64,000 nt of DNA from Candidatus Aenigmatarchaeota archaeon (GCA_026397315.1 JAPLVC010000003.1:32001-96000); one strand, 5' to 3'; numbered from the stretch's first letter, positions 10,321 through 19,127 are shown. Made by a program: numbers and translations. Notes: generated by a model not told the origin, from the sequence alone.

Positions 10321-10746
10321 TTACTCGCTGGCTGCGTTCTCTTCCACGGCTTTGCCGCCGGCTTCCTCTATCTTTTCCTTCGCGTGCACTGAGAATGCCT
10401 TTGCAGTCACAGTCAGCGCCTTGGTTATCACGCCTGAGCCGAGGACCTTGTCGAAGCCGAATTCCGCCAGGTTTATTTCGACCTTGCCGTTTTTCAGCGC
10501 CAGGTCTTCGAGGCTGCTGAGGTTTATGACCTTTACTTCCTTCACGCACTTGTAGCTCTTGGGGACGAAGCCGCGCTTGCCGAGATGGTCCGGTTCGTAC
10601 TTCTGAAGCCATGACTTCATGTGCTTGAAACCGCCGGAATAACCCTTGCCGCCGCGCACGCCTTTGCCGCGCCTCTTGCGCATGCCGCCGTAGCCGCACG
10701 TGCGCGTTCCGCGCTTCTTCTCTATTTTCTTTTTCCTGTTCGCCAT
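10321..10746 (-). CDS. rpl15: 50S ribosomal protein uL15
   Basis: RGTRTCGYG...RGGKG...GKRGF...KVLGSG...AKEKIEEAGG. Confidence 0.96.
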   Translation of the reverse strand: MANRKKKIEKKRGTRTCGYGGMRKRRGKGVRGGKGYSGGFKHMKSWLQKYEPDHLGKRGFVPKSYKCVKEVKVINLSSLEDLALKNGKVEINLAEFGFDKVLGSGVITKALTVTAKAFSVHAKEKIEEAGGKAVEENAASE

Positions 10747-11178
10747 TTACATCATCCTCTCGATGAGCTTGTTTATCTTGTCGCCCCTGTAACCCAGCGC
10801 GCCCTTCGGGAACGCTCTCTTAATGCCCTCGTATCCCTTCCTCGGCGGGCTGAGCCTGAAAAGGGGCTTGAAACCCTTGATATCATTCATGTTTTTCTGC
10901 TTCTTTATCGTGTCTGCGACGTCCTTAGCAGCTTTTTCGTCGAGCTTCTTGTCGCCTTCCATGCGGCCGCGGGCAGCGACTAGCTTCTCGAGCGTCGCTT
11001 CGCTGATCTCGCCCCACGTGACGAAGTCCTTGACCTTTTTTATCATGCCCTCGATCTGCGGCTCTTTCCTGACGATGACGCAATGATTCACGCGCGTGAG
11101 GCGCATCATCTTCATCGTGGCGTTTATTTCCTTTTTCTTGTCGACTGTGCCGCGGACCCTTATGACAGCAAACATCAT
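10747..11178 (-). CDS. rpl30: 50S ribosomal protein uL30
   Basis: AVIRVRG...FVTWGE...FRLSPPRKG...GYRGDKINKLIERM. Confidence 0.96.
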   Translation of the reverse strand: MMFAVIRVRGTVDKKKEINATMKMMRLTRVNHCVIVRKEPQIEGMIKKVKDFVTWGEISEATLEKLVAARGRMEGDKKLDEKAAKDVADTIKKQKNMNDIKGFKPLFRLSPPRKGYEGIKRAFPKGALGYRGDKINKLIERMM

Positions 11179-12062
11179 CAGATATCACCCTTCGTCCTGC
11201 TCAGGTTCTTCAGAGCCTCGAACATAGCCAGCGCGAGGTTTATTCTCGTGCATGACTGGCCGGAAATCTTTGAGCGGATGTCTTTTACGCCGGCGAGTTT
11301 AAGCAGTTTCTTGCTTTCCTTGTCAGCCACTATGCCTACGCCCATCGGCGTGGGCATAAGCTCGATCTTGACCGAGCCGGTCTTGCCTGTTGTCTTGAAA
11401 GGAATAGAATGCGCCCCGCCGCAGTTGCACTCCCACGAGCCGCAGCCCCTGCGGACGCTTATGACGTTCAGTTTCGCCTGTTGTAAAGCCTTTTCTATCG
11501 CGGTCCTGTGCTCGTTTGAGGACGCCTTGCCTATGCCTATGACGCCGTCGCCGTTGCCTACTGCGACGACCGATGTGAGCTTGAATCTCCTGCCCGACTT
11601 GTGCATCCTGGCTGTCATTCTCGTTGGCGTGCGGCGAATACCGCCGCCCTTGCCTGGCGTGCCGCCTATGTGCACAAGCTCTTCCATCAGGTCCGGGACA
11701 AGATAATCGACAATCTGTGGCTCGAGAATTATTTTGCCTTTCGAAAGCAGGTCTTTGATGTCCTTGAACTTGCCGCTGACCACTTCTTTACCCAGTTCAG
11801 TCTTCGGCAACCATGCGGAAACCCTTTCCTCAGCCTTTCGCCTCCGAGACGGTTCGTATTCGCGGCCCTTCTTTATCTGCTCCTCGACTTCCTCGGTCAC
11901 GACTTCCTTTTTCTCGGCCGTTTCCTCGACAGCTTCCTGGACTTTCTCCTCTGCAACTTCGAGTTCGGTTTCAGCCGTTTCCTGGGCTGCGTCTTCCAAG
12001 TTTTCTTCCTTCTTCTCCATTTCTACTCCGGTTTCCTCATGCTTGAGTTTCTTTTTAGTCAC
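11178..12062 (-). CDS. rps5: 30S ribosomal protein uS5 with acidic N-terminal extension
   Basis: WLPKTELG, RMHKSGRR, VRRGCGSWEC, TRINLALA; GTG start with GGTGA RBS. Confidence 0.96.
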   Translation of the reverse strand: MTKKKLKHEETGVEMEKKEENLEDAAQETAETELEVAEEKVQEAVEETAEKKEVVTEEVEEQIKKGREYEPSRRRKAEERVSAWLPKTELGKEVVSGKFKDIKDLLSKGKIILEPQIVDYLVPDLMEELVHIGGTPGKGGGIRRTPTRMTARMHKSGRRFKLTSVVAVGNGDGVIGIGKASSNEHRTAIEKALQQAKLNVISVRRGCGSWECNCGGAHSIPFKTTGKTGSVKIELMPTPMGVGIVADKESKKLLKLAGVKDIRSKISGQSCTRINLALAMFEALKNLSRTKGDI

Positions 12063-12139
12063 TTTTTCACCTGCAATCCTGAATCCTAAATGATAATTTT
12101 ATTGGTTATTATAGATATACACATTATATAAAAGGATAC

Positions 12140-12766
12140 TTATTTATATCTTCGCCTTTTTTTAATAGTTTCCATCCTCGCCAGGACGTCTTTTGAGGCC
12201 GTAAAACAGTCCGCATAAGCGGCCAGCACGCTTTCCCAGCACTCGTCGAGGACGGCGAAATGAGTCGATTTCAGCGCCTCGTACAGCAGGAAAAGGTCGA
12301 CCGCGCGATCTTCTGCCGAAAGCGAGAACTTGCCCAGGCCGAAATCGATAAGGTAAACGCGGCCATCGCTTCCGCTTAGAATCATGTTCGAGGTCGTCAG
12401 GTCGCCGTGTATGATGCCCGCGATATGGAGGCCTGCGACCAGCGCGCCGACCTCTTCGCACGTCTTCCTGCGCGCTTCTGCATCCATCGAGTTGAGCGCG
12501 TCCTTCAGCTTCGTCCCTTTCACGTATTCCATGACGAGCCTGAAGTCGTCCTCTGTGCGGACGCGCGGGACAGACACGTTGCTAGCGCGTGCGCGCTCCA
12601 TGAGCTTCGCTTCTGCTCGCGTCCTCTGCTTGCGTATCTTCACGTCGATCTGCGGGATGCGATACCCTTTCGCGACGCGCTCTTTCACCAGTTCGCCATC
12701 GCGCAGGTAGAGAATCGCTTCAGCGCCCCGCTGGATTATTTTTTCCTTTGTAATATCATGGCTCAT
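12140..12766 (-). CDS. bud32: KEOPS complex kinase Bud32
   Basis: RGAEA, KER..KGYR, HGDLTTSN, IDFGL, AVDL, RRRY end. Confidence 0.95.
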   Translation of the reverse strand: MSHDITKEKIIQRGAEAILYLRDGELVKERVAKGYRIPQIDVKIRKQRTRAEAKLMERARASNVSVPRVRTEDDFRLVMEYVKGTKLKDALNSMDAEARRKTCEEVGALVAGLHIAGIIHGDLTTSNMILSGSDGRVYLIDFGLGKFSLSAEDRAVDLFLLYEALKSTHFAVLDECWESVLAAYADCFTASKDVLARMETIKKRRRYK

Positions 12767-12797
12767 AGAATAAAGATGTAAGGCTTTTTTATATGGT

Positions 12798-13124
12798 TTA
12801 GCAGTTGTACCTGTTGACGTCTCTTTTTTCAAGGCACAGAAGCGGTGAACGTGTGAGGTACATCAAATAAGTCTTAAATTCGCCCTGTGTTATGTCATAG
12901 GAATTGCTCGAACCGTAACCGTTTTTTACGTATAACTTAACGGGGGTTTTCGGCTTTCCTGTATCAACATAGCGTTGCAATATTATGCTCGATGTCTTTG
13001 GGCCTATCTCTATGGTTTTATCTCCGAGCGTTATCTCTCCAAATTTAATATTACCGGAATCGTCTTTCTGTGACTTAAAATGATATTGTATATCTACGAT
13101 ATCCTTGTTCAATCTAGGACACAT
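12798..13124 (-). CDS. hypothetical protein (AT-rich orphan)
   Basis: 108 aa ORF between bud32 and ttuA. Confidence 0.5.
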   Translation of the reverse strand: MCPRLNKDIVDIQYHFKSQKDDSGNIKFGEITLGDKTIEIGPKTSSIILQRYVDTGKPKTPVKLYVKNGYGSSNSYDITQGEFKTYLMYLTRSPLLCLEKRDVNRYNC

Positions 13125-13193
13125 TTAAATCACTTATTAGTGATAAATTTTGTATTTAAAAAGGTTATTGCGCCGCTTTTGATGATTTCGAAG

Positions 13194-14129
13194 TTATTTT
13201 CTCCACAGCTCGCACGTCTTGCATATTTTCTGCGAACTCGGCTCCCCGCACTTCTGGCAGCGCAGCAGCTCGAAGCCGCCCTTCTTGACGACTTCCCTGA
13301 TACCGGGCGCGAGGCGAAGGAACGTGTTGAGCACCGAGAACTTTGTGCCCGGACTCTCGGCCTCGAGCGTGTTCAGGAAGTCGCGCACTTTGAAACGCGG
13401 CCCCTCGATGAACGGGCATTCGTTCTCCTGTATCTCCAGCCCGTTGAGTAGCGCGTAGAGACCGATCTCGCGCTCAGGAATCTCGCGAAAAGGCTTTATA
13501 CGCGGCACGAAAAGCCTGCTCTGGACCAGCGGCTCGCCTGCCATGCGCGCTAGGCGCATCAGGTCGCCGCGGATGTAATCCATCATTATGCCCTGCACTT
13601 CGTCGTCGAGGTTCATGCCGAACACGATTTTATGCGCGCCCAGCTCCCTCGCCTTCCTGTTGAGCAGCCAGCGGCGGGCGAGGCCGCAATAAGTGCACGC
13701 CGTCCCTTCCCACTTGCCGGACTTTTTCAGGCCTTTGACGACGTCGCTCAGCGGCCTGCCTAATTCGTCGCTGAACGAAAAAACGTGATGCTTTATGCGG
13801 AGCTTTTTGCACAGCTTTTTGGCTATTTTTAGGCTATCGTCCCTGTAACCGGCGATGCCCTCGTCGATGGTTATGGCGAACATCGCTACGTCCCGTCGCT
13901 TGCGCAGGATTTTGTGCAGCATGTAGAGCGCGGCTGTCGAATCCTTGCCGCCGGAGACTGCGAAAGCGACGGTTTCGCCATGGCCTATCATCTTGCCCTT
14001 GCGCATCGTCTTGCGGACCTTGTCCTCGATGCTCTGGATGAAGTGCCCGCGGCAGAGATACGTGCCCTCGTATTTCCTATGATAGACGGCCTTTTTGCCG
14101 CATTTGGTGCAATAACCGGGCTTTGACAT
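13194..14129 (-). CDS. ttuA: tRNA 2-thiolation protein (TtuA/Ncs6 family)
   Basis: N- and C-terminal Zn fingers, PP-loop SGGKDS, CTYCGLARR, ECPF. Confidence 0.92.
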   Translation of the reverse strand: MSKPGYCTKCGKKAVYHRKYEGTYLCRGHFIQSIEDKVRKTMRKGKMIGHGETVAFAVSGGKDSTAALYMLHKILRKRRDVAMFAITIDEGIAGYRDDSLKIAKKLCKKLRIKHHVFSFSDELGRPLSDVVKGLKKSGKWEGTACTYCGLARRWLLNRKARELGAHKIVFGMNLDDEVQGIMMDYIRGDLMRLARMAGEPLVQSRLFVPRIKPFREIPEREIGLYALLNGLEIQENECPFIEGPRFKVRDFLNTLEAESPGTKFSVLNTFLRLAPGIREVVKKGGFELLRCQKCGEPSSQKICKTCELWRK

Positions 14130-14243
14130 AATCATAGAATAAACCCTGGATTTAAATCCCGGCGTATGGCCGGTATGAATTAGTGTTATCACTATAAAGA
14201 AGTTAAAATAAAGCTTTATAAGGAGAGAAACGTAGTATATAAT

Positions 14244-14636
14244 ATGGTCAAAAAAGCAACGATTATCGCGCTAATACAACAGTATGATAAACACACAGAA
14301 GTTGAAATCAACTTTAAACCGCGCAACGAAGACGTTGATTTGCACGCGCACGATTTTTTCGCAACGCCACGTTTGGCCGGCACCAAAATTTTTACATATG
14401 ACCAGGAGCCGGAAAAAAAACACCCCGGACAAACTGTCCATAAAATAAGATTCAAATTGCCTCACACAGGAGATCTGAATGCTCAAGCCGTTGAAGTCAT
14501 GGTAAATGGCTATGTGAGCCAGCTCACTAGCACTATTAGCGATGCGATGGCAAAAAGCACGGGTGTAAACACATACCCGATTGCAATGAAAAGTGTCACA
14601 CAATCAATGGGAAGTGCCGCACAAAAGAAATACTGA
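14244..14636 (+). CDS. hypothetical protein (AT-rich orphan)
   Basis: 130 aa ORF with TATA-like upstream sequence. Confidence 0.55.
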   Translation: MVKKATIIALIQQYDKHTEVEINFKPRNEDVDLHAHDFFATPRLAGTKIFTYDQEPEKKHPGQTVHKIRFKLPHTGDLNAQAVEVMVNGYVSQLTSTISDAMAKSTGVNTYPIAMKSVTQSMGSAAQKKY

Positions 14637-14647
14637 TCCCGTTTTTT

Positions 14648-14848
14648 TCAGCCGCCTGAGACTACCTTTATCAATTCTATTTTATCGTTGTTCGCCAGCG
14701 GCTCGTCGTCCGTTATTATCTCCCTGCCGCGCCTGACGAGGACGGTTTCCGGGTTCACGCCGAGCTTTTGCACGGCGTCTATCGCTTTCGCTTTATCCGG
14801 CAGGACGAGCGTGTGTTTCCTGCCCTGGAGCTCGGCGACGATTTTCAT
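14648..14848 (-). CDS. ubiquitin-like sulfur carrier (SAMP/ThiS/TtuB)
   Basis: 66 aa ending VVSGG; near ttuA. Confidence 0.9.
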   Translation of the reverse strand: MKIVAELQGRKHTLVLPDKAKAIDAVQKLGVNPETVLVRRGREIITDDEPLANNDKIELIKVVSGG

Positions 14849-14909
14849 AACTAATATAAAAGAGATTTATAATAAATACTGTAAACCGGGAACAGAGCGC
14901 AAAAACAAA

Positions 14910-15069
14910 GCTGGGATGGCCGAGCTAGGTTCAAGGCGATGGACTCGAATGGATATCATGAGGCGAATGCCTGTGATTGCGCGACATCCATTGGGCTTCT
15001 GCCCGCGCAGGTTCAAAAGCGAAAGACGCAGATTGCATCTGCGTCCGCTTGAAACTCCTGCTCCCAGCG
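14910..15069 (+). tRNA. tRNA-Ser(CGA) with two introns: 37/38 (14950-14985) and T-loop 59/60 (15018-15055)
   Basis: Acceptor GCTGGGA/TCCCAGC+G73; anticodon stem ATGGA/TCCAT with CT-CGA-A; variable arm GGGC/GCCC; T stem GCAGG/CCTGC; both inserts fold as BHB-like hairpins. Confidence 0.9.
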
Positions 15070-15075
15070 CTAACC

Positions 15076-15147
15076 GGGCTGGTGGTCTAGTGGCATGACG
15101 TCGCCTTCACACGGCGAAGATCAAGGGTTCAATTCCCTTCCGGCCCA
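15076..15147 (+). tRNA. tRNA-Val(CAC)
   Basis: Full cloverleaf; TCGCC-TT CAC AC-GGCGA; AAGGG-TTCAATT-CCCTT. Confidence 0.96.
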
Positions 15148-15192
15148 TCACGCTGAACTTATAAAAACGCATCGGAATAATATGTTGTAATC

Positions 15193-15265
15193 GGGTCCAT
15201 GGTCTAGTGGCTATGACGTCTGCTTGACGTGCAGAAGATCGCTGGTTCGAGTCCGGCTGGACCCA
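15193..15265 (+). tRNA. tRNA-Val(GAC)
   Basis: Full cloverleaf; TCTGC-TT GAC GT-GCAGA; GCTGG-TTCGAGT-CCGGC. Confidence 0.96.
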
Positions 15266-15351
15266 TCTTTTTCCAAAGCTTTCACGTGCTTTTTCCGGCG
15301 CCTCTTATCAATATATAAATAAAAGACACAGTGATTATTGTTATCAGGCAT

Positions 15352-15484
15352 GCCCCGGTAGTCTAGTGGCCAAGGATACCGGCCTTTCGGGTGCTTTTCG
15401 AAGTCTCGAAAGGTAAGAGCTCCGCAGCGAGCGATGACTTCACGAAGAAAGCCGGTGACCCGGGTTCAAATCCCGGCCGGGGCA
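15352..15484 (+). tRNA. tRNA-Glu(TTC) with 60-nt canonical intron (15390-15449)
   Basis: GCCCCGG/CCGGGGC acceptor; CCGGC-CT TTC G^..^A-GCCGG; BHB with central CTTT/GAAG, bulges CG^G and AA^A, outer GTG/CAC. Confidence 0.95.
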
Positions 15485-15495
15485 CTTGAGCAAAA

Positions 15496-15526
15496 GCGCG
15501 GTTTCCGCCGCGCCGGCCTGCTTTTT
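15496..15526 (+). terminator. GC hairpin plus T-tract after tRNA-Glu
   Basis: GCGCGG...CCGCGC followed shortly by TTTTT. Confidence 0.4.
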
Positions 15527-15558
15527 AAACTTTTAAAATTTGACGACAAGTATATTAC

Positions 15559-16317
15559 ATGAACTACGGCTGCGACAACTGCACCAACTGCGGCGCATGC
15601 TGCACTGGCTTGGACATCGAGCTCTCGAAAGAGGACATCCGCTCGCTCGTTTCTCTGGGCTACAAGCTTGAAGATTTTCTCGAAACAGAGCCGGTTCCCA
15701 TGCTCAAGACGAGCCCAGGCAAGAGGAGATGCATTTTTCTCGACAACAAAAATTTCTGCGCTATCCACGGCCGACATGGCCACGCAGCGAAGCCCCACAC
15801 GTGCAGACATTACCCGAAGATGACGCAAGAAGCGCTTAGCCAGAGGGATTACAGATTCTTCAAATACGGCGGCAAGACGCTTTCGCGCGACGTGCTGGCC
15901 AATATCCTGGCATCCATGAAAGACGTCCACGAGAGCGAGCTTTTCAAGTCTCTTCTCTTCCGCCTGGAGAAACTGAGAAAACAAAAGGCGTCTTACATAG
16001 ACACGTTCAATTACGACGATAACAGGAGACACTCGGAACTGCGCAAGACCTTCGCGAGGAGAAGGGCAATCAAGCTGGCGAAGGCTAAGGTCAGAAGCGA
16101 CGACATCGCGGAATTCGCCGCCATTACCAAAAGGCGAAGCTTCGACTCGTCCGGTTTCACCGGTGAGCTGCGCGCGAGGCTCATGAAAGGCGAGGGACAC
16201 AACCACAACCTGCCGGAAATGTTGCTAGCGTATCTCTACGCGATAAAGAAAGCGGAGCCGCGCGACGCGAAGGCGGCTGCCAAATATTTCTTCGAGTGGA
16301 ACGCCAAGAGATTCTAG
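15559..16317 (+). CDS. YkgJ/CxxCxxCC-family Fe-S/Zn cluster protein
   Basis: CTNCGACC, CIFLDNKNFCAIH, KPHTCRHYP. Confidence 0.85.
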   Translation: MNYGCDNCTNCGACCTGLDIELSKEDIRSLVSLGYKLEDFLETEPVPMLKTSPGKRRCIFLDNKNFCAIHGRHGHAAKPHTCRHYPKMTQEALSQRDYRFFKYGGKTLSRDVLANILASMKDVHESELFKSLLFRLEKLRKQKASYIDTFNYDDNRRHSELRKTFARRRAIKLAKAKVRSDDIAEFAAITKRRSFDSSGFTGELRARLMKGEGHNHNLPEMLLAYLYAIKKAEPRDAKAAAKYFFEWNAKRF

Positions 16318-16384
16318 TTTCCGCCTGCGGCGGGCGCTCAAGTTTTTAAACTGCGAAATACTATGTATTCTACAGTGATGGCAA

Positions 16385-16546
16385 ATGCCCGTGTTTGAAA
16401 AATACTGCGACAAGTGCGGAGAGCCTTCCACGAGCCTCAAGAACGTCAACGGCAGGATGATATGCGCCAAGTGCCGCGGCGTGCATTTCGAAGAGGACGA
16501 GGAGCTCACGAGGAAAGCGAAACTCAGGAAAATGTGGCTGAAGTAA
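16385..16546 (+). CDS. small zinc-ribbon protein (53 aa, below ORF-track cutoff)
   Basis: MPVFEKYCDKCGE...MICAKCRG. Confidence 0.65.
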   Translation: MPVFEKYCDKCGEPSTSLKNVNGRMICAKCRGVHFEEDEELTRKAKLRKMWLK

Positions 16547-16586
16547 GCAAAAAATGGCGCCATATAAAAAATCACTCGAAACAATC

Positions 16587-16743
16587 GCGGGGGTACCCAA
16601 GCGGTCAAAGGGGCTAGAATACCTAAGTTCGCTTCGACTGGTATGGCCAAGTTTAGGTATGGCTAAGTTCAGGCATTGGCTGCAAGGCCGTTGAAATGCC
16701 TAGTGCTTTAGTAGCTTCCAGGGTTCGAATCCCTGCTCCCGCA
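16587..16743 (+). tRNA. tRNA-Leu with introns at 30/31 and 37/38 and two alternative anticodon mini-exons (TAG, 16651-16657; CAG, 16667-16673)
   Basis: GCGGGGG/CTCCCGC+A73; CTAG..G/CCTAG anticodon stem; variable arm GCT/AGC; CAGGG-TTCGAAT-CCCTG; BHB motifs for both routes. Confidence 0.92.
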
Positions 16744-16807
16744 TAACTTTTTCTTTTGTTGTCCGGTCTTTTCCAGATTTATTAATAAACCGGGACATAA
16801 TCTAAAT

Positions 16808-17206
16808 ATGGCAGTTTTCGGCAAATCGCCAGACGAGAAACAGGAAAGGATAATGGTGGACCTGATAAACAGGGTCAACGAGAACGTCCAGCGATTGAGG
16901 GTCATAGAGCAAAAGATGCAGGCGGCCGACCTCAGGATAAACTCGGCCGAGCAGAACGTCGTTTCTTACACCAAGAACATGCAGAAGGAGCTCTCGGACA
17001 AGAATACAACCATTTCCCAGATAGATGAGAGGATAGAGAAGATAGAGATCGCATACATGGAGATTCTCAAGCAGCTAAAGCTCGTCGCCACCAGGGCGAA
17101 TCTCGATGAACTTAAGCAACTCGTTTCGATATACGACCCGATGAAATCGAGTTTCGTCACCAAGGAAGAGATGGAAAGGTTTGTCGAGGAAAAGCTTTCA
17201 AAATAG
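16808..17206 (+). CDS. coiled-coil hypothetical protein
   Basis: 132 aa, heptad-rich. Confidence 0.8.
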   Translation: MAVFGKSPDEKQERIMVDLINRVNENVQRLRVIEQKMQAADLRINSAEQNVVSYTKNMQKELSDKNTTISQIDERIEKIEIAYMEILKQLKLVATRANLDELKQLVSIYDPMKSSFVTKEEMERFVEEKLSK

Positions 17207-17244
17207 TATTTTAAGAGGATGCTACAAAGAATATAATAGACGGG

Positions 17245-18111
17245 GTGTTCGCAGTGAATCTTAATCCTTTTGGCGGCAAAAAAAAGAGTAAAGGCCCACC
17301 GGGCATGGGTGACGAAGCTTTCGGTCCGCCGGCTCATGCGAGAGGTCCTCCGGAAAGGCGCATCGTACCCACCGATGAAGTGAGGGCATGGTCGTCGAGG
17401 GGGATGTCGGAACCCGACATAATAAGGAACCTGCGAAGGGAGGGCTATGCCACGGGCGAGATAGACCAAGCCATGAAGGAGGCGCTGCGCAGCAGGGTCT
17501 CAGGCAACTTCTACAACAACAAACCCATGGTCAACGAATACGGCGAGGCGTCGCTGGGGCCTCCGCCGGAAGAGGCGCCTGAAAGGGAAGACATACCCAA
17601 GGGCCTCGGCTACCCCGGAGCCGACATGGACGATGATGACATAACGCCGCCGCCTTATGATTCTCCAGCAGAGCAGCAGAGAGAGCCGCAATACCCTGAC
17701 ATGCCTGAAGGCGACTACTTCAACGAGCCTGCCCCAAGAAGGCCCGCTCCGGCCATGAGAGGCCCGACGAGGGGGGTTGACAGGCGCGAAATCGAAGAAC
17801 TAGCGGAAGTCATAGTCGAGGAGAAGCTGCGCGAACTAAAGGAGCACTTCAAGGCGATAGACATGCAGTTCCAGCAGGTGACCAGGAAAGTCGACTCGAT
17901 TTCGGATGAGATGAACAGGGTGCGCATGGAAAAGAGCAACGAAGTGAAAGGCATCGAGGGCAAGATAGACGGCTACTCCAGGAACATGGACGAGATCAAC
18001 GGCCGGATGGAATCGATGGAGAAGGCGCTTAAAGACTCGTTGTCACCGATGCTCGAATCGATGCGCTCGCTGGCGGATCTCGTAAAGAGCATGAAGGAAA
18101 AAAGCAAATAG
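17245..18111 (+). CDS. hypothetical protein: N-terminal helical domain, Pro-rich linker, coiled coil
   Basis: GMSEPDIIRNLRREGY...IEELAEVIVEEK coiled coil; host-like codon use. Confidence 0.8.
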   Translation: MFAVNLNPFGGKKKSKGPPGMGDEAFGPPAHARGPPERRIVPTDEVRAWSSRGMSEPDIIRNLRREGYATGEIDQAMKEALRSRVSGNFYNNKPMVNEYGEASLGPPPEEAPEREDIPKGLGYPGADMDDDDITPPPYDSPAEQQREPQYPDMPEGDYFNEPAPRRPAPAMRGPTRGVDRREIEELAEVIVEEKLRELKEHFKAIDMQFQQVTRKVDSISDEMNRVRMEKSNEVKGIEGKIDGYSRNMDEINGRMESMEKALKDSLSPMLESMRSLADLVKSMKEKSK

Positions 18112-18113
18112 TT

Positions 18114-19058
18114 TTATTGCGGCTTATTGTCTTCTTTTGTCCACTTCTTTATTTTCAGCGTTATCTTGTTGGTCCTGCCCATGCTTTCCACGTCGACGAC
18201 TTCGCGCTCCTTCAGGTCGGCGATTATTCTCGAAACCTTGGCCTTCGAGAAATCGCTTTCGCGCACGATGATCTTCTGGTTGACGGTGTCGCCGTGCTTT
18301 CTCAGGATGTCGACGATCATCTTCTCGTCCCTCTTGAGCAGAGGCATGACGACTTTCACAGAGTCCTGCCTGCGGATCGAGCGCACGTAATACATGCCCA
18401 GCGACGCTATTATCACGACCGCTATCACGACCATTATGCCCACGCCGTAAACGCCCATCATGTTGGTGGCCGCTGTCCTGTAGGTCGCGGAGAAATATAG
18501 GTCATCGCCAGCCTCGACGTTCTCCTTGTCCCAGTAGACCATTATGTGCTTGCCGTCGCTGAGAGTCTTGCCGTTGCGCGGCGAGAAAGACTCGTTGGAC
18601 ACGTCTGTAGCGAGCGTCGACGACGTCGGCAGGTAAATAACGTTGAAGAACCTTTTCGCGTTCGCGTCCATCGAGACGAAATTGGAGAACTGGTAATCGT
18701 CGTTCTTCTTTTCCACGAGGCCTGTCGCCTCGAAAGTTATCCTGACGTTTGCCTGCACGCCCGGCCTGGGGTTTACGAATCTGCACGAAATGAGCGTCGT
18801 GTCCGTGACTTTCGTCTGGCAGTCGATTGGAGACTGGTCGGACTCGTAATTGATGTTTAGTGCCCTGTATTTCATATTGTATTCAAAATTGGTGACGTTC
18901 TGGTCCATTGTAAGCGTAACAACATTCGAAACGGTCGTATCGTCCTGAATGCGGCTCTCTATGCCATAGTATTCAAGGTTTAAAGCATTTACCGGCGCGA
19001 TGAAACAATTAAGAGCAAGAATGAACAATATCATGCCTGAGATTTTACTGAATTTCAT
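18114..19058 (-). CDS. membrane-anchored protein with C-terminal winged HTH (COG2512-like)
   Basis: Signal peptide, TM, then QKIIVRESDFSKAKVSRIIADL..GRTNKI. Confidence 0.85.
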   Translation of the reverse strand: MKFSKISGMILFILALNCFIAPVNALNLEYYGIESRIQDDTTVSNVVTLTMDQNVTNFEYNMKYRALNINYESDQSPIDCQTKVTDTTLISCRFVNPRPGVQANVRITFEATGLVEKKNDDYQFSNFVSMDANAKRFFNVIYLPTSSTLATDVSNESFSPRNGKTLSDGKHIMVYWDKENVEAGDDLYFSATYRTAATNMMGVYGVGIMVVIAVVIIASLGMYYVRSIRRQDSVKVVMPLLKRDEKMIVDILRKHGDTVNQKIIVRESDFSKAKVSRIIADLKEREVVDVESMGRTNKITLKIKKWTKEDNKPQ

Positions 19059-19127
19059 ATAGAATATATTGGTTCAAATGGGTTTAAAAAAGCAGAAAAA
19101 TGCCCTGCGATAAAGCCGATGCGTGAC

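Noticed and set aside
14950-14985. Alternative TGA anticodon in the tRNA-Ser intron
   Set aside because: Neither TGA is preceded by U33, and no duplicated splice junction is present.
15390-15449. Alternative CTC anticodon exon (T-CTC-G, 15404-15408) in the tRNA-Glu intron
   Set aside because: Unlike tRNA-Leu, the required BHB motifs do not form: C34 would face A, and the outer helices do not pair.
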